The translations under genes and the position numbers were made by a program. The notes below the pieces were generated by a model. That model made no database searches and was not told where the DNA came from. It worked only from the letters and a program-made list of their open reading frames with translations. A stretch of DNA of 54,853 nucleotides, from contig NC_057718.1 in the NCBI RefSeq assembly GCF_004010195.1, positions 90,346,933 through 90,401,785 of the forward strand. Direction: 5' to 3'. The DNA comes from Chiloscyllium plagiosum (taxonomy: Eukaryota). How positions within the stretch are numbered: the first letter of the stretch is position 1; every line of letters begins with the position of its first letter. Below, piece after piece: positions 23,680 to 36,864 of this stretch.

Positions 23680-23958
23680 GGGCGACTATCTGTGTGGAGT
23701 TTGCACATTCTCTCCGTGTCTATGTGGGTTTCCTTCGGGTGCTGCAGTTTCTTTCCACACTCTAAGGATTAGGTGCATGTTAGGTGGATTGGCCATGCTA
23801 AATTGCTCATAGGGCCCAGGGGTCCGCTGGTTTGGTGAATTAACCATGGGAAATGCAGGGTCACAGGGATAGGGTAGAGGGTATGGGTGTGGTTGGGACG
23901 CTGTTTGGAGGGTCGGTGTAGACTCACTTCCACATGGTATTTCTTTGATTCTACGATT
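23680..23958 (+). mobile_element. HE1-like V-SINE, 5'-truncated
   Basis: tgtgtggagtttgcacattctc...ggccatgctaaattg. Confidence 0.85.
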
Positions 23959-23969
23959 CATACATTTAC

Positions 23970-24312
23970 ATGGAGACTTCCCAAGATGCTTCGCAGGAAC
24001 GTTACGATGTAACAAAGCCAGAAAAACTACAGTATGTTTTCAGATGTGATCCAACGGAGGAAAGTGAGCTGGGGAGGCACAACGAGGAAATTCCAAAGAC
24101 TGGTGACGAGGTTACTGAAGGCTCTTCCCCCCCAGTGATGGAATAATCCAAACTGCGGACAGTCAAGATGCCAGAGTTAGGGGACCACAGATATTTTGGA
24201 GGGTTGTGGGGCTGCAGGAGATTGAAGTGGGTCAAGGGGTGAGACACATGGAATTTGCAAACAAGGATGAGAATTTTAAAGTCAAGGCATTGCTTGGCTG
24301 GCTAACCAGGAA
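23970..24312 (-). mobile_element. L2-like LINE 3' fragment
   Basis: ORF 24002..24247 (NLLQPHNPPKYLWSPNSGILTV...SHLKTY) resembles the L2 C-terminus. Confidence 0.6.
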
Positions 24313-24611
24313 TGTTTCCTAATACTGGTATATGCAAAGCCTTGTTCTTAATGATGTGGGTGGTTAATTCCGGAATGCTTAATAAGGCATTGAGATGAAA
24401 GAACATCAGTAGAAGGTCCACATTTTAATTAGCATCACCACTTTCACCATATGTCTTCCTTTTATTGTGCTGAGTTTCGATGACTCAGTGAATTTATTTC
24501 TGCTCTGTTATTAATTAATGTTTAATGAATGTTTTTGCTTGCAATAGGTATAATTACAATATTCTACCCATTTTCAAACAATGTGCTTATAAAAATAAAT
24601 TAAATATTTAC

Positions 24612-24700
24612 ACAGGACAAAACAGACCTGAGGGATTAAATGCCACTGTCAAATTCCCTTTCCACTTGACATTGTTTCCAATGCGGTGTGTGTCGAAATC
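24612..24700 (-). CDS. Candidate coding exon (DFDTHRIGNNVKWKGNLTVAFNPSGLFCP)
   Basis: acceptor atttatttccag, one open frame, donor GT|gtaaat (phase 2) or CAG|gtctgt. Confidence 0.2.
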
Positions 24701-24747
24701 CTGGAAATAAATCCAATTTCCACTGACAGGAATTGCTGAAATTGGTT

Positions 24748-25441
24748 CACACATACACACACATGTACACACACACATACACATACACACGCAAATGCGC
24801 ACATATACACACACAAATACATACGCATATGGACATACACACAGACAGATACACGCACACAGACACACGCACACACATGCGCACACAGATACACACACAC
24901 AGACACAGACAGATACACGCACACAGACACTCCCACACACATACACACACTCACAAGCACTGGGTCACTGCGATTCTCTCACACTCTGGGACTCTCATTC
25001 TCACACACTCTCTGGGATTCCCTCTCTCTCACACACTCTGGTATCCCTTCACTGACATACTCTGGGACATTGCGATTCTCACACACTCTGCGACTTACAC
25101 ACACTCACTCTGGGACTCTCTCTCTCACACGCACACAGACAGACAGACAGACAGACACACACACACACAGGGACTCTCTCTCACACACACACTCTGGGAC
25201 ACTGATTCTCACACTGCACACACAAACACATACACAGGCATAGACTCACACACACACTCACAGACACTCCCACATGAACACACATACACAAACACAGACA
25301 CTCCCACACCCACAGACACTCCCACACAAACACACACACACACTCACAGACAGTCCCACAAACACGGACACACACAGACACACAAACACACACACAGACA
25401 CTACGACACACACACATACACACACAAAAAACACATACACA
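24748..25441. repeat. (CA)n-rich compound micro/minisatellite with cacactctgggac units
   Basis: direct reading of the sequence. Confidence 0.95.
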
Positions 25442-25444
25442 GGT

Positions 25445-26372
25445 TTTCCTATTCACATGCCCATCCAATTGCCTTTTAAATGCTGTAATTGTACCAGCCT
25501 CCACCACTTCCTCTGGCAGCTCGTTCTATGCACACACCACCCACTGTGTGAAAAAGTTGCTCTTTAGATCCCTTTTATATCTTTCACCTCTCACCTTAAA
25601 CGTATGCCTTCAAGTATTGTACTCCCCTACCCTGGGGTAAATACTTTGGCTATTCACCCTATCCATGCCCTTCAAGATTTTATAAACTTCGATAAGGTCG
25701 CCCCCTCAGCCTCCAGGAAAAATAGCCCCAGTCTATTCAGCCTCTCCCTATAGCTCAAACCCTCCAACCCTGGCAACATCCTGGGTGAATCTTTTCTGAA
25801 CCCTTTCAAGTTTCACAACATCCTTCCTAAAGCAGGAAGACCTGAACTGAACGCAATATTCCAAAAGTGGCCTAACCAATGTCCTGAAAAGCTGCAACAT
25901 GACCTCCCAACTCCTGTATTCAATGCACTGACCAATAAAGATAAGCATACCAAACGCATTCTTCACTATCCTATTCACCTGAGACTCCATTTTCAAGGAA
26001 CTATGAACCTGCGTTCCCTGGTCTCTGTATTCGGCAACACTCTCCAGGATCTTACTATTAAGCGTGTAAGTCCTGCCCTGATTTGTCTTTCCAAAATGCA
26101 ACATCACACATTTATCTAAATTAAACTCCATCTGCCACTTGGCCCTTTGGCCCATCTGATCAAGATCCTGTTGTACTCTGAGGAAATCTTTTTCTCTGTC
26201 CAATACACCTCCAATTTTGATGTCATCTCCAAACCTATTAACATACCTCCTATGTTCACATCCAAATCATTTATATAAATGACAAAAAGTGGTGGACCCA
26301 GCATCAATCCTGGCATCACACCGCTGGTCACAGGCCTCCAGTCTGAAGAGCAACCCTCCACCAACACCCTTA
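25445..26372 (-). mobile_element. CR1 LINE RT fragment
   Basis: [50 protein letters not shown]. Confidence 0.95.
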
Positions 26373-26574
26373 TCAAAGGGTCAATAACAAGGGGGCATAA
26401 GTTTAAAGTGAAAGGCAGGAAGATTAGAGGGGGTTTGAGGAATTTTCACCAAAAGGATGGTGGGAATTTGAAATGCAATGGCTGGGAGGGTAGTTAAGGT
26501 GGGAATCTCACAGCCTGTAAAAAGTACCTGGATGAACTAATTGAGTGTCATAACATTCAAGGCTGGGAAAGTAT

Positions 26575-26836
26575 CATAGAACCATTGAATCCCTACAGTG
26601 CAAAAATAGGCCATTTGGCCCAACAAGTCCACACCAACCCTTTGAAGAGGAACCCACCCAGACCCATTTAGCTACCATGTTACTCTAAATTTACCCCTGA
26701 CAAATGCACGTAACCTACATATCACTGAACACTATCGGCAGTTTAGCACAGCCAATCTACCCTAACCTGCACATCTTTGGATTGTGGGAAGAATCCGGAG
26801 CACCCGGTGGAAACCCATGCAGACACGGGGAGAATG
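26575..26836 (-). mobile_element. HE1-like V-SINE, partial
   Basis: ctgcacatctttggattgtgggaagaatccggagcaccc. Confidence 0.85.
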
Positions 26837-26887
26837 TTTGGCAATCTAGACTTGATGGGCCAAAGGGCCTGTTCTGTACTGCATGAT

Positions 26888-27200
26888 TAGCACCTTTCAG
26901 GATATCAGGGAATCTCAAAGCCCTTTCTAGTCAACTGGATATCCTTGAAGTGCAGTTATTGTGGAAACGTGAAAGTCAAATTGTGGCAATATCCCACAAA
27001 AAGCAAACTGGTTAATGGCCAGACCATCAGTTTTAATGATGCTGGTTGAACAATGGATATTACCCAAGACATCAGGGGTAACATTCCCCCGCCCTGCATT
27101 GATTAGTGGGATGGGAACGTCTTTTACATCCACCCAAGAGGGCTGGCTGAAGCTTCAGTTTAACGTCTGCAGATGGAGTTCCAGCCCTGATTTTGCACTT
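26888..27200 (-). mobile_element. Deu-domain SINE (AmnSINE1/SacSINE1-like); a more decayed copy lies at about 53035-53195 (+)
   Basis: minus strand gacgttaaactg..gggtggatgtaaaaga..ccc...aatatccattgttcaaccagcatc...actgcacttcaagg matches the recalled Deu-domain consensus. Confidence 0.65.
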
Positions 27201-27204
27201 GATT

Positions 27205-27680
27205 GCTTTGGTTTGATTTATTATTGGCACATGTACCTAGGCACAGTGAAAGCTTTGTCTAGTGTGCAGTACAAGTGAATCATAGATCACGAAGGTCACA
27301 GGGTGATAGAACAGAGCGGGGAATACAGAGTTACAGCTGCAAAGAAGGTGCACAAAAAGCAAGATCAACATTAGATTTGAAATTTGCTGAGTCTAATAAC
27401 AGCAGGGAAGAAGCTGTTCTTGAATCTGTTGGTACGTGCGACTAAGCTTTTGTGTCTTTTGCCTGACTGGAAGAGATTATAACTGGGGGGTGGGAGGGGT
27501 CTTTGATGATACTTCCATGGCAACGAGAAGTGTAGATGGAGTCAATGGATGGAAGGTCGGTTTGTGTGATGGTCTGGCCTGTGTTCCCAGCTCTCTGTAG
27601 TATCTTAGAGTACTGAGCAGACCAATTGCCATACCAGGCTGTCATGCATCTGGACAGGGATACTGTGGAATGGGACATGG
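27205..27680 (-). mobile_element. Rex1/Babar-like LINE 3' fragment
   Basis: CMTAWYGNWSAQYSKILQR...LPSIDSIYTSRC...IIKDPSHP. Confidence 0.8.
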
Positions 27681-28409
27681 ACTTCCAAACTTCCAGTTCA
27701 GAGACAAACCATCATCAAGCTGCGGCCACCAACATCTGACATCATTACTATAAATGAATTAAGTATGCCCTCACCTTTACCCGTTGAGAGGTGGTGGGGG
27801 GGAGGAGGAGGGGTCTTAGTTTGTGATGGATCATCCAGTTTAGGGCTACTTTGATTAGCTAGTAAGGGTCACAGTAGGCACTGCCAGACAACACTTGCTG
27901 AATTTTAACCCATCCCCACACCATCCACCCACCCACCCCTCAAAAAAAGACAAGAGATTTGAAGTCAAATGCGAATGATTTGAAAATCTCAAATCAAACA
28001 CCACCTTCGAACCTGCCTACTTCCTGGTTTAGAAAGGAAGGATAATAGGAGACAAGTAACCAATCAGTTCCTGGCTGAAAGTGCGGCAATGAAGGGTTGG
28101 CAATTTGAATGATTTATAATTTTTGTGACCGCCTGCTTTAGCAGTATTTGGTTGAATTCAGGACTATCAACAAGTAAAGAGAGGTGACACAGGTCTGGGA
28201 ATATGTCACTTCCTGTGGTCAAGGGGAAGGGAATGCTTTCATCTACCTGATAACCTCTTCTTGTCAGTCAGCAACAAATACTTCTGGACTTGATAGTGCT
28301 GGCACTTTTTTTACTCACTTGTGGTATTTGGACCTCACTGGCTTTTGCTGTGCGTTGCTAGTTGCCCCTTGAAAAGATGGTGGTGAGCTGCCTTCTTGAA
28401 CCGCCGCAG

Positions 28410-28870
28410 ATTTGTACACAAATCTTTGAAAGTCGCCACCCAGGTAAATAGTGCGGTGAAGAAGGCATATGGCGTACTGGCTTTTATTGGTAGAGGAATT
28501 GAGTCCCGGAGTACTGAGGTCATGTTGCAGTTGTATAAGACTCTGGTGCAGCCGCATCCGGAGTATTGTGTGCAGATTTGGTCGCCATATTATAGGAAGG
28601 ATGTGGAGGCACTGGAACAGGTGCAGAGGAGGTTTACCAAGATGTTGCCTGGTAGGTAGGTTCTTTACTCAGTGAGTCGTGAGTTCATGGAATGCCCTGC
28701 CAGTAGCAGTGGTGGACTCTCCCTCATTATGGGCATTTAAGCGGGCATTGGATAGGCATATGGAGGATAGTGGGCTAGTGTAGGTTAGGTGGGCTTGGAT
28801 CGGCGCAACATCGAGGGCCGAAGGGCCTGTACTGCGCTGTATTCTTCTATGTTCTATGTTCTATGTTCTA
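28410..28870 (+). mobile_element. CR1 3' fragment nested in an older LINE tail (28305-28409 and 28871-29020, minus)
   Basis: LYKTLVQPHPEYCVQIWSPYYRKD; (tatgttc)n tail. Confidence 0.9.
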
Positions 28871-29327
28871 GATCATGTGCTCTAGGTAGACCCACAATGC
28901 CCTCAGGGAAGGAGTTCCAGGATTTTGCCCCAGTGACACCAAAGAAACGGCAATATGTTCCCAGGTCAGGACGGTGAGTAGCTTGGACGAGGACCTGAAG
29001 CTGGTGGTGTTCTCGTGTGTGGATTTTATGCCTTTAGGTTAGACACCATCACCAGATACTGGAATCACACCCCTCCCAGCAATTGGTCCTATCTATAAAT
29101 GCCGCGGTTGGACCCAACACTAGGGTCACGCCTCTTGGGATGGTGCTTAGAAAGCCCACAGTCTGGGGTTGGACAGTCTCCAATTCCCAGGTGGGTGTTG
29201 GATCAGGATCCTGCACCTGACTGACACCCAGACCAGTGTAAAAACCACATGCCAGGAGGTTTGCAGGGAAATCCATAATGCTATTTGTCCAACCTACTTA
29301 ATCATCACTGTTAGTACCCAGGCCACA

Positions 29328-29620
29328 GAGAGTCATAGAATGTCTGCAGTGTGGAACCAGGCCATTTGGCCCCTCAAGTCCACACTGACCCTCCAAAGTG
29401 CATTCCACACAGACCCATACTCTCTAACCTTGCATTTGCCATGGCCAATTCACCTAACCTGCACATCTTTGGATTGTGGGAGGAGCACCCGGAGGAAACC
29501 CATGCAGACATGGGGAGAATGTGCAAACTCCGTACAGACATGTGCCTGAAGGTGGAATTGAACCCAGGCTCCTGGTGCTGTGAGGCAGCAGTACTAACCA
29601 CTGAGCCACTGTGTTGCCCA
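29328..29620 (-). mobile_element. HE1-like V-SINE
   Basis: A/B boxes, V-domain. Confidence 0.9.
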
Positions 29621-30044
29621 AACTGAGAAGTTCCAACCAAAGCAATTGAATCCTTCCCAACTAAATGAGAATGTGGTTCCCTGAGTTGATAAGATACCCC
29701 AGTATCCTATGGTGCCCAACAGTCTAGGAAGACCCAAACCAAACATCCACAGGAACTGTTGCTGAAACATGAGGTAAATCAATGTTGTTCACATTGGGCA
29801 TACTTTCTGTTAAGCCCAGCAGCACAGAAACTGCGAGTAACAAGCAATAAAAACACTCAATAAACTCCAGAGTAGTCAGCTGAAACACCCTACACTGGCT
29901 CTCATTTTGCTGCATTGCATGAGATCTCTGAATGCTTCTAGTTTATGAGATTTCTTTTAAAAGAAATAAAACAATGGTAACATGGAGTTTGTGACAATTC
30001 GCACATTCACCGCTCCCAACACTGTGCCACCGTGCCCCCTTAGT

Positions 30045-30364
30045 GGGCGGCACGGTGGCACAGTGGTTAGCACTGCTGCCTCACAGCGCTGGAGACCCGG
30101 GTTCAATTCCCGCCTCAGATGACTGACTGTGTGGAGTTTGCACATTCTCCCCGTGGCTGCGTGGGTTTCCTCCGGGTGCTCCGGTTTCCTCCCACAATCC
30201 AAAGATGTGCAGGTCAGGTGAATTGGCCATGCTAAATTGCCCGTAGTGTTAGGTAAGGGGTAAATGTAGGGGTATGGGTGGGTTGCGCTTCGGCGGGTCG
30301 GTGTGGACTTGTTGGGCCGAAGGGCCGGTTTCCACACTGTTATCTAATCTAATCTAATCTAATC
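30045..30364 (+). mobile_element. Full-length, young-looking HE1-like V-SINE
   Basis: gggcggcacggtggcacagtggttagc...(taatc)n tail, CpGs retained. Confidence 0.93.
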
Positions 30365-31089
30365 AACCCACTGCTCCATTTCTACCCAGTATTGGAAAGA
30401 GGGGGAGTTTGTCTGGTGAGACGGGCTCGACTTGGATTTGACTGGGCCAGCATCCTGGTGAAGAAAGTAATGAGAGCTGGAGATTGATCCTTGGATGAGG
30501 ACATTTGTAGCTCTCCAGGGGCATGGCAGCATTACAGGACATAACAACATCCATAATTGGAACAGCCAGGGTATACAAACATCGGAAAACAGCAGCAAAT
30601 AGGGGTCAAATGAGGAGAAATGATGAAAAGGACAAATTAATAGTTCTTCCCTTAAATGCATGTGTGAAATGACATGAATGTCTTTCTGTCTGGAGATCAA
30701 TTGAGGGACTTCAGCGACCAGTTAATTAATTAATCAATTAAGATTAGTTTCGGTAGTTATTTCAGGTCTCCAGCATCTTTGGTATTTGATTTGATTTGAT
30801 TCATTTATTGTCACGTGTACCTGGGACAGGGCTCATTTCTGATGCAGCCATTAAGTACATACTCGTGTGTGAAAACATTAATGTCTGTGCTAGGCAGCAA
30901 AGGTGTTTTTGAAAGGAGTTTGTCCACAGAACTGATTTACCCGGTTCCACGCAGTTAGTAAAAGCTACGTTGTTGTGTCTCAGCTGCCCCTCATATCAAG
31001 TCTGACAAATTGTATCTGCTGACTGCTAATTCTGCATAAGAAGACACAATCTGAGCCTCGGAAATCTCTAACAGTCTTCAGAAGGATGA

Positions 31090-31232
31090 TTTAGAGATGC
31101 CGGTGTTGGTCTGGGGTATACAAAGTTAAAACACCACAACCAGCTGACGACGGAACAGCGCTCCGAAAGCTGGTGCTTCCAATTAAACCCGTTGGACTAT
31201 AACCTGGTGTGATGTGATTTTTAACTTTATCC
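31090..31232 (+). mobile_element. Penelope-derived repeat with hammerhead core
   Basis: ctgacgacggaacagcgctccgaaagctg followed by ttggactataacctggtgt; aaagttaaaa/ttttaacttt inverted ends. Confidence 0.75.
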
Positions 31233-31813
31233 AGAGAGAATAAGAGAAAGGCTAAGTGAGGTATTGTTCGAATATGTTTCAATTTTAAAATTTACTTCAA
31301 CACTAATCATGCTACATTTTGAGACATTATCAGCGCGATCAATGACAGGACGAGCAAGCCTGGTGTGGGTTTATACATTAGATAACACAGATTGCAAAGC
31401 TCAATGATTGGACAAAAATTGACCTCCACCCAACTCTCTGCTGTTCTTGTTTTGATAGACATGCATTAGAAGTATGTTGCCTAGTTACTGACAGTGAATT
31501 AACCATCTAACAGTGGTTCCATTGGCATATTCCGTGTACTGTAGGAAACTTGGTGTGTGCTAATTGAAAGCCTGAGGGCTAATCATCATGTAGAATTTTC
31601 ATGGAGTTTGCTGCAGAGAAACAGACCATCTGGCACCAATGAGCTCCTGTTACTTCTTCATCAGCCCATCAGCATCATCTACCATTCCTCTCTCTGTCAT
31701 ATATTTCAGCAACTTCCCTTAACTGGAGCTCTGCCCTTAAACCTCTTGAGGAATGCAACATCCATTCCATTTCAAAAGCAAAAGAGAAATTTAACAGAAA
31801 TGAAGAGACGTAC

Positions 31814-31934
31814 AAGTTTGACAATGTAAGACTACACAATTCATTGCTGAATTTAATTTCTGAACAGTTTCCCATCGTATCGGTCTATAGCAAATGATGC
31901 TTTTGTCATTCAAAGACACAGTTAGAAAGGCTTT
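31814..31934 (-). CDS. Candidate coding exon (KAFLTVSLNDKSIICYRPIRWETVQKLNSAMNCVVLHCQT)
   Basis: strong acceptor ctctgtgcttttttaacag, donor T|gtacgt, single open frame. Confidence 0.22.
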
Positions 31935-32421
31935 CTGTTAAAAAAGCACAGAGTGAATATTTTTAGTTCCCTGCTTTGTCTGATTACCTTTATGATAATA
32001 CTATTCAATCATGCTTCACATTCCAATTATTCACTGCCCCATCCTAGCCTGAGGTGAAACAACATCATAATTTACAGCTTTCATGGTGCACATTTAGAAG
32101 GCTTTTGTACTAAAATAATACAGGATAAACGTTTGTGATTTTCTGATTGTCCTGTTCAGCTGAATCACAATTCCATTCAGGCATACTTGGCATTCCAACT
32201 GCTTCCCATCCCTGAATTACACGGCTGCCAGCCCTTGAGTTGAATCACCACCACCTTTTGTACATAACATTGTGGGCTACTTGATCATGTTTTTGCCAAA
32301 TATCGTTCCTCCTTCCCCTTTCTTCCTCTCATTTGGTGTCCAGGTTTTGTCCATTGCCATGTCTGGTCCTCTGTGGCACAAGATTCAATGTTCATTGACG
32401 CCAGCCCGAGTCTACGCCATC

Positions 32422-32740
32422 TGGGGTGACACGGTGGCTCAGTGGTTAGCACTGCTATCTCACAGCCCCAGGGACCCAGCTTTGATTCCGGGCGGCTGTC
32501 TGTGTGGAGTTTGTTCATTCTCCCCGTGTCGGCATGGCTCTCCTCTGGTTTTTTCCCACAGTCCAAAGATGTGCAGGTTAAGCGATTTGGCCATGCTAAA
32601 TTGCCCATAGTATTCAGGGATGTGTGGGTTAGGTGCACTAGTCAGGGGTAAATGTCAGGGAATGGGCCTGGGTGGATTACTCTTCGGAGGGTTGGTGTGG
32701 ATTGAATGGTCTGTTTCTACACCGTAGGGATACTGTGAAT
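32422..32740 (+). mobile_element. HE1-like V-SINE
   Basis: A box, V-domain. Confidence 0.88.
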
Positions 32741-33199
32741 CCCTCCATAGCCACGCTGATGCCAGACTGCTTGCCTGAGCCTTAGAGTGGGCATTGATTT
32801 CCACTAACTTCACATTGGGAAGGCTGAATTCCGTTGGTCCCTGTCAGGAATTAGAGTCCTTTGCAACCAATTCCATTCCCCTCCCCAGACTTCTGCATTG
32901 GCTGCTAATTGCAGGAGGAGTTCACCATCGAATCTCCTGGCCTTCACAAAGACCAGGTCTACTTCCATCTCCAGAATATTGTCTCTCTGTCAGCTACATT
33001 GCTGCAAGTCTTATACTGTATCTTGTTTTCAAATATTTGACTGAGTTTATGATCTCAGTGGGCTTTCCATTCTTGCTGATTCAGAACTTGCATTCATTAA
33101 ATTTTGCTCCACAATATACTCCCTGAAGTAAGGGAGATGCTTTCTTATGAAAACTTGCCTTGCTGTTTCAATGTGGCAAACGCGCTGTTCAAAACAAAT

Positions 33200-33915
33200 G
33201 GCTTTAACACCTGTGCTATGATTGTGGAGAGAGGAATTGGGCGTGTAGGTCCACAGTTCCCTAAAAGTGGCAAGATGAAGTGGCATGTTTGTCTTCATCA
33301 GCCGGGGCATGGAGTACAAGAGTTGGCAATCCAAGTTACAGCGATATCAAACCTTTGTTAGGTCAGTTTTTGGAGCATTATCTGCAGTTCTGGTCATCAC
33401 ACTACCGGAAGGACGTGGAAGCTTTGGGGGAGTGCAGAGAAGGTTCACTAGAATGTTGCCTGGTCTCGAGGGCATTGGCTATGAGGAGAAGTTATAAAGA
33501 CTAGGCTTGTTTTCATTGGAAAGATGGCAGCTGAGGGGAGAGCTGATAGAGGTCTACGAAATTATGAGAGGCAAAGATAGGATGGATAGTCAGAGGCTTT
33601 GTCCCCAGGGTTGAAGTTTCAGTTGCAAGGAGGAACAGGTAGAAGGTGAGAGGGGGAAAGTTTTAAGGAAGATGTATGAGGGAATTTTTTCACGCAGAGA
33701 GTGGTAGGAGCCTAGAACTCCAGAGGTGCTGGAAGCAGGCACGTTGGTGACATTTAAGAGGCATCTGGATGGTTACATGGATAGGGAGGGGATAGAGGGA
33801 TACAGACTGAATAAGGTTCGAAGGTTTGTTTTTTAGCTTAGTTAGGGAATGATGATCAACACAGACTTGGAGGGCCAAAGGGCCTGTTCCTGTGCTGTAC
33901 TACTCTTTTGTTCTT
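33200..33915 (+). mobile_element. CR1 LINE 3' fragment
   Basis: LEHYLQFWSSHYRKDVEAL / VQRRFTRMLPGLEG. Confidence 0.9.
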
Positions 33916-34462
33916 TTTGAATTTCAATAAATAATTAAATGTTGATACGTTGATACTCTTTGGCATTATTTCAGGCCCCTCAGCAATGAACTGTAACTGT
34001 GTACGCACATGGCTGGCCCCCTTCTGCTGCAGCCCCTTGCTGGGAAGGTCAGAGGCCCATGTGTCAGCAGACAGCAATGTCTAACTGCCATGCTGACTCA
34101 TTTGACACATGCCTCTGAAATTTGGAGCATGCATGCTCAAGTGAAGGCCTGGGCTAATCACTTCCAGCGAAATGCGGGAGGTAACAAACTGAATCCACTT
34201 CAGCGTCATGGGGCAGAATTTTACCAGCTCCCAGGTTGAGAAGTGGAGATTGTGGAGCAGGGAAATCATGAGGAGTGATGTCAAGATGGGTCCCTGACAC
34301 CACCTTGCCACTAGGGGCCTTTTGTTGACCAGATGCAGGGCCTTTTAAAGCCTGTTTTATGAGGCCGGTGAAATGTTTGGTACCTCCTCTGTCTCTCAGA
34401 AACCTGCATTTTGTTCAAAAGTACCTGGCTAGTCTCATTAAGTTCCCTGCCTTTTCCTTTAT

Positions 34463-34671
34463 TACAAGTGTCCCCTTGTATCTGTGGATGATACGTTCCA
34501 AGACCTACCACGAATGCCCGAAATTGCCGAGAGATAAATGGGAAGTTTATCTCCCTGGCAGCACCCTGGAATTATTTCTGGAATGTTCCATGTAATATTC
34601 TCAGGCCACGGTAAACCACGGATAACTGAAACCATGGAAACAGAATCCCTGGATACAGGGGCTCCACTGTA
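34463..34671. mobile_element. Tigger-like MITE
   Basis: ta-caagtgtccccttgtatc...gatacaggggctccactg-ta imperfect TIRs with TA flanks. Confidence 0.65.
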
Positions 34672-35279
34672 TTCGTTGACAGGAAGGGCTGGGGCATCAC
34701 TGACTAGGCCTATGCCTAATTTTCCTTAAGCAGGCAGTGGTGAACCCCACTTTCTGGAACCACTTCAGTTCTCGTGTTGACCCACAATGCCCTTAGGAGG
34801 GAGTTCCAGGATTTTGATCCAGTGACACTGAAGGAACGGTGATATATTTCCAAGTCAGGATGGTGAGTGGCTTGGAGGGGAACTTGCAGATGATATATAT
34901 CTGCCACCCTTGACCTTCTAGACACTAGCAGTCGTGGCCTTGAAAGTAACTGTCAGGGAAGCTTCCATACATCTGCTGCCCTTGGCCTTGTAGGTGCCAG
35001 AGGTAACACATTGGGAAGGTGCTGTTGGGGAAGACTCTATGGGTGGTAATGCTGAGCCTTTAGAAGTGGTGGCCCTCTGATTGGTGAACTGCAATGCAAG
35101 ATGGAAACAGTCTTTGGGATTTTGATTGGAAGCCCCCTTCATCACCAGGGAAATGTGTTTCCTATCCAATGATGGATAAGCAGTTTGACCAGAGACATAG
35201 TTCCAGTTTGGAGGGAGCAGCAGTAAGGAACTAAGAGGGTACTCCCACACAGCAGCACTCTCTCATCAAATCTTCCGAG

Positions 35280-36020
35280 ATGTGGAGGAATTTAGGTTTT
35301 TTGGTGCATGAGTTGTAAAAGGTTAGTGTGCAGGTACAGCATGTAATCAAGAAGGTACATGGGATGTCATGCTTTATCATGAGAGAAATCGAACATGAAA
35401 TTGAGGATGCAATGCTTCAGTGATAAAAGGCATTAGACTTCATCTCAAATACTATATGTAATTTTGGTCTCCTTATTTAAGGAGGGTTATAAATGCATTA
35501 GAGATGGTTGAGAAGGGATTTACTAGATTGATACCTGGAATGACTGGGTTGTCTTATCAGTCATCAATGGCTACAGCATGAAAACAGGCCCTTTGGCCGT
35601 CTTGCCCATGCCGTCCAGTTTTCACAATTTCCTGTGTTTGGTCCATATCCCTCCATAATTATCTCATTCATGTACCTGTCTAAACGTTTCTTCTAAGGAT
35701 GGGTTGGATGGACTGGCTTAATTCCATTAGAGTTTAGAAGAGGAGTGACTTGATTGAAGCATATAGTACGCTGAATGGTCTTGGCAAAAGTGGCTGTGGA
35801 AAGGAGGTTCCATTTTATAGGTCAGCCCGAACTAGGGGCATTGTTTAAAACCAGGGGCTGACCTTTTAGAACAGAGTTAAGAAGAATTTCTTTTCTCTCA
35901 GAGGTTTGTACAAATGTGGTGGGAGCAAGGTCATTAAAGCGTTTGAAGGAGAGATTTTTTTGTACGACAACAAAATCAAAGGTTAATGGTGATAGTTGGC
36001 AAAATTGACTTTGAAGTGTA
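35280..36020. mobile_element. Nested old CR1 fragments
   Basis: ttttggtctccttatttaagg, gagtttagaagaggagtgacttgattgaa, with an antisense CR1 tail at 35570-35690. Confidence 0.7.
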
Positions 36021-36028
36021 AACAAGTT

Positions 36029-36751
36029 ACAGGTAGTTCTCCTATAACGCCTTCGTTGCGTTCCAGTGAAACCTTGCTTAATAGAAAGTCGCTTAACATA
36101 AATAATGGGGGCTATGGGAAACGTGGGGTTAGGGCTAGACTGGCAGCAATAATCACTCACGATTGCTCAAAAACCACCCAAAAGCCTAACGCAAAGTATA
36201 GCACAGCCTGAATGAAGGTTTAAATCATATTTATTAATGAAATTAAAGTAAATTTAACACATTACATTGAAAAAATATGGTTAATGCAGGAACAGAGGGT
36301 CACTACCCTCAGTGGTGGTTGCAGAAGTGTGTGGCTGTGGTTGATTATCTTCTGTTTCTTGGGGGTTGGTTTAGATTGTGCAATATGCAGGTACAAGAAC
36401 AAATTAGAAAGGCAAATGGTATACATAAGAGTAATATAACACTGCAGGAATTATACAAGGCTTCTACAGGAATTATACAAGAATATTCTTGTCTCAGAAG
36501 GAGAGCAATGAACATTCGTTGGTTTAACTTTTGAGGTGAAGCTGCTGAGTGTACAGTACTGTACCTCTCACATGCTCTGTCGGCAGCTAACATCACTGCA
36601 TGCGTAAAACGAAGTGAGCGAAACAATCGCCCATGGAATCGCTGTATTGCGAACAGAGGGAAGCGCTCTCAAAAATACCATCCTTTAATTCTTCAGCAAT
36701 GTTATAGCCAAATCACGCTGCTGAAATGCACTTTATGTGAGAACTACAGTA
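36029..36751. mobile_element. Tigger-like non-autonomous DNA transposon
   Basis: ta-caggtagttctcctataacgc ... gcactttatgtgagaactacag-ta termini. Confidence 0.5.
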
Positions 36752-36864
36752 TCTCTGATCTAATTGAATGGTTTCCCCAAATACTGTTAAAGAATTCCTT
36801 CAGGCATTTCCTTTTAAACAAAAGTGTGCAAATTGAAATACTGTATCCAACATGAGCAGTAAGA

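Noticed and set aside
30045..30120. tRNA-like A and B boxes
   Set aside because: They are SINE heads that continue into the V-domain and LINE tail, not tRNA genes.
24612..31934. Vague resemblance of the candidate exon peptides to Neuralized/SPRY repeats
   Set aside because: Only scattered residues match by eye, which cannot be supported without a profile search.
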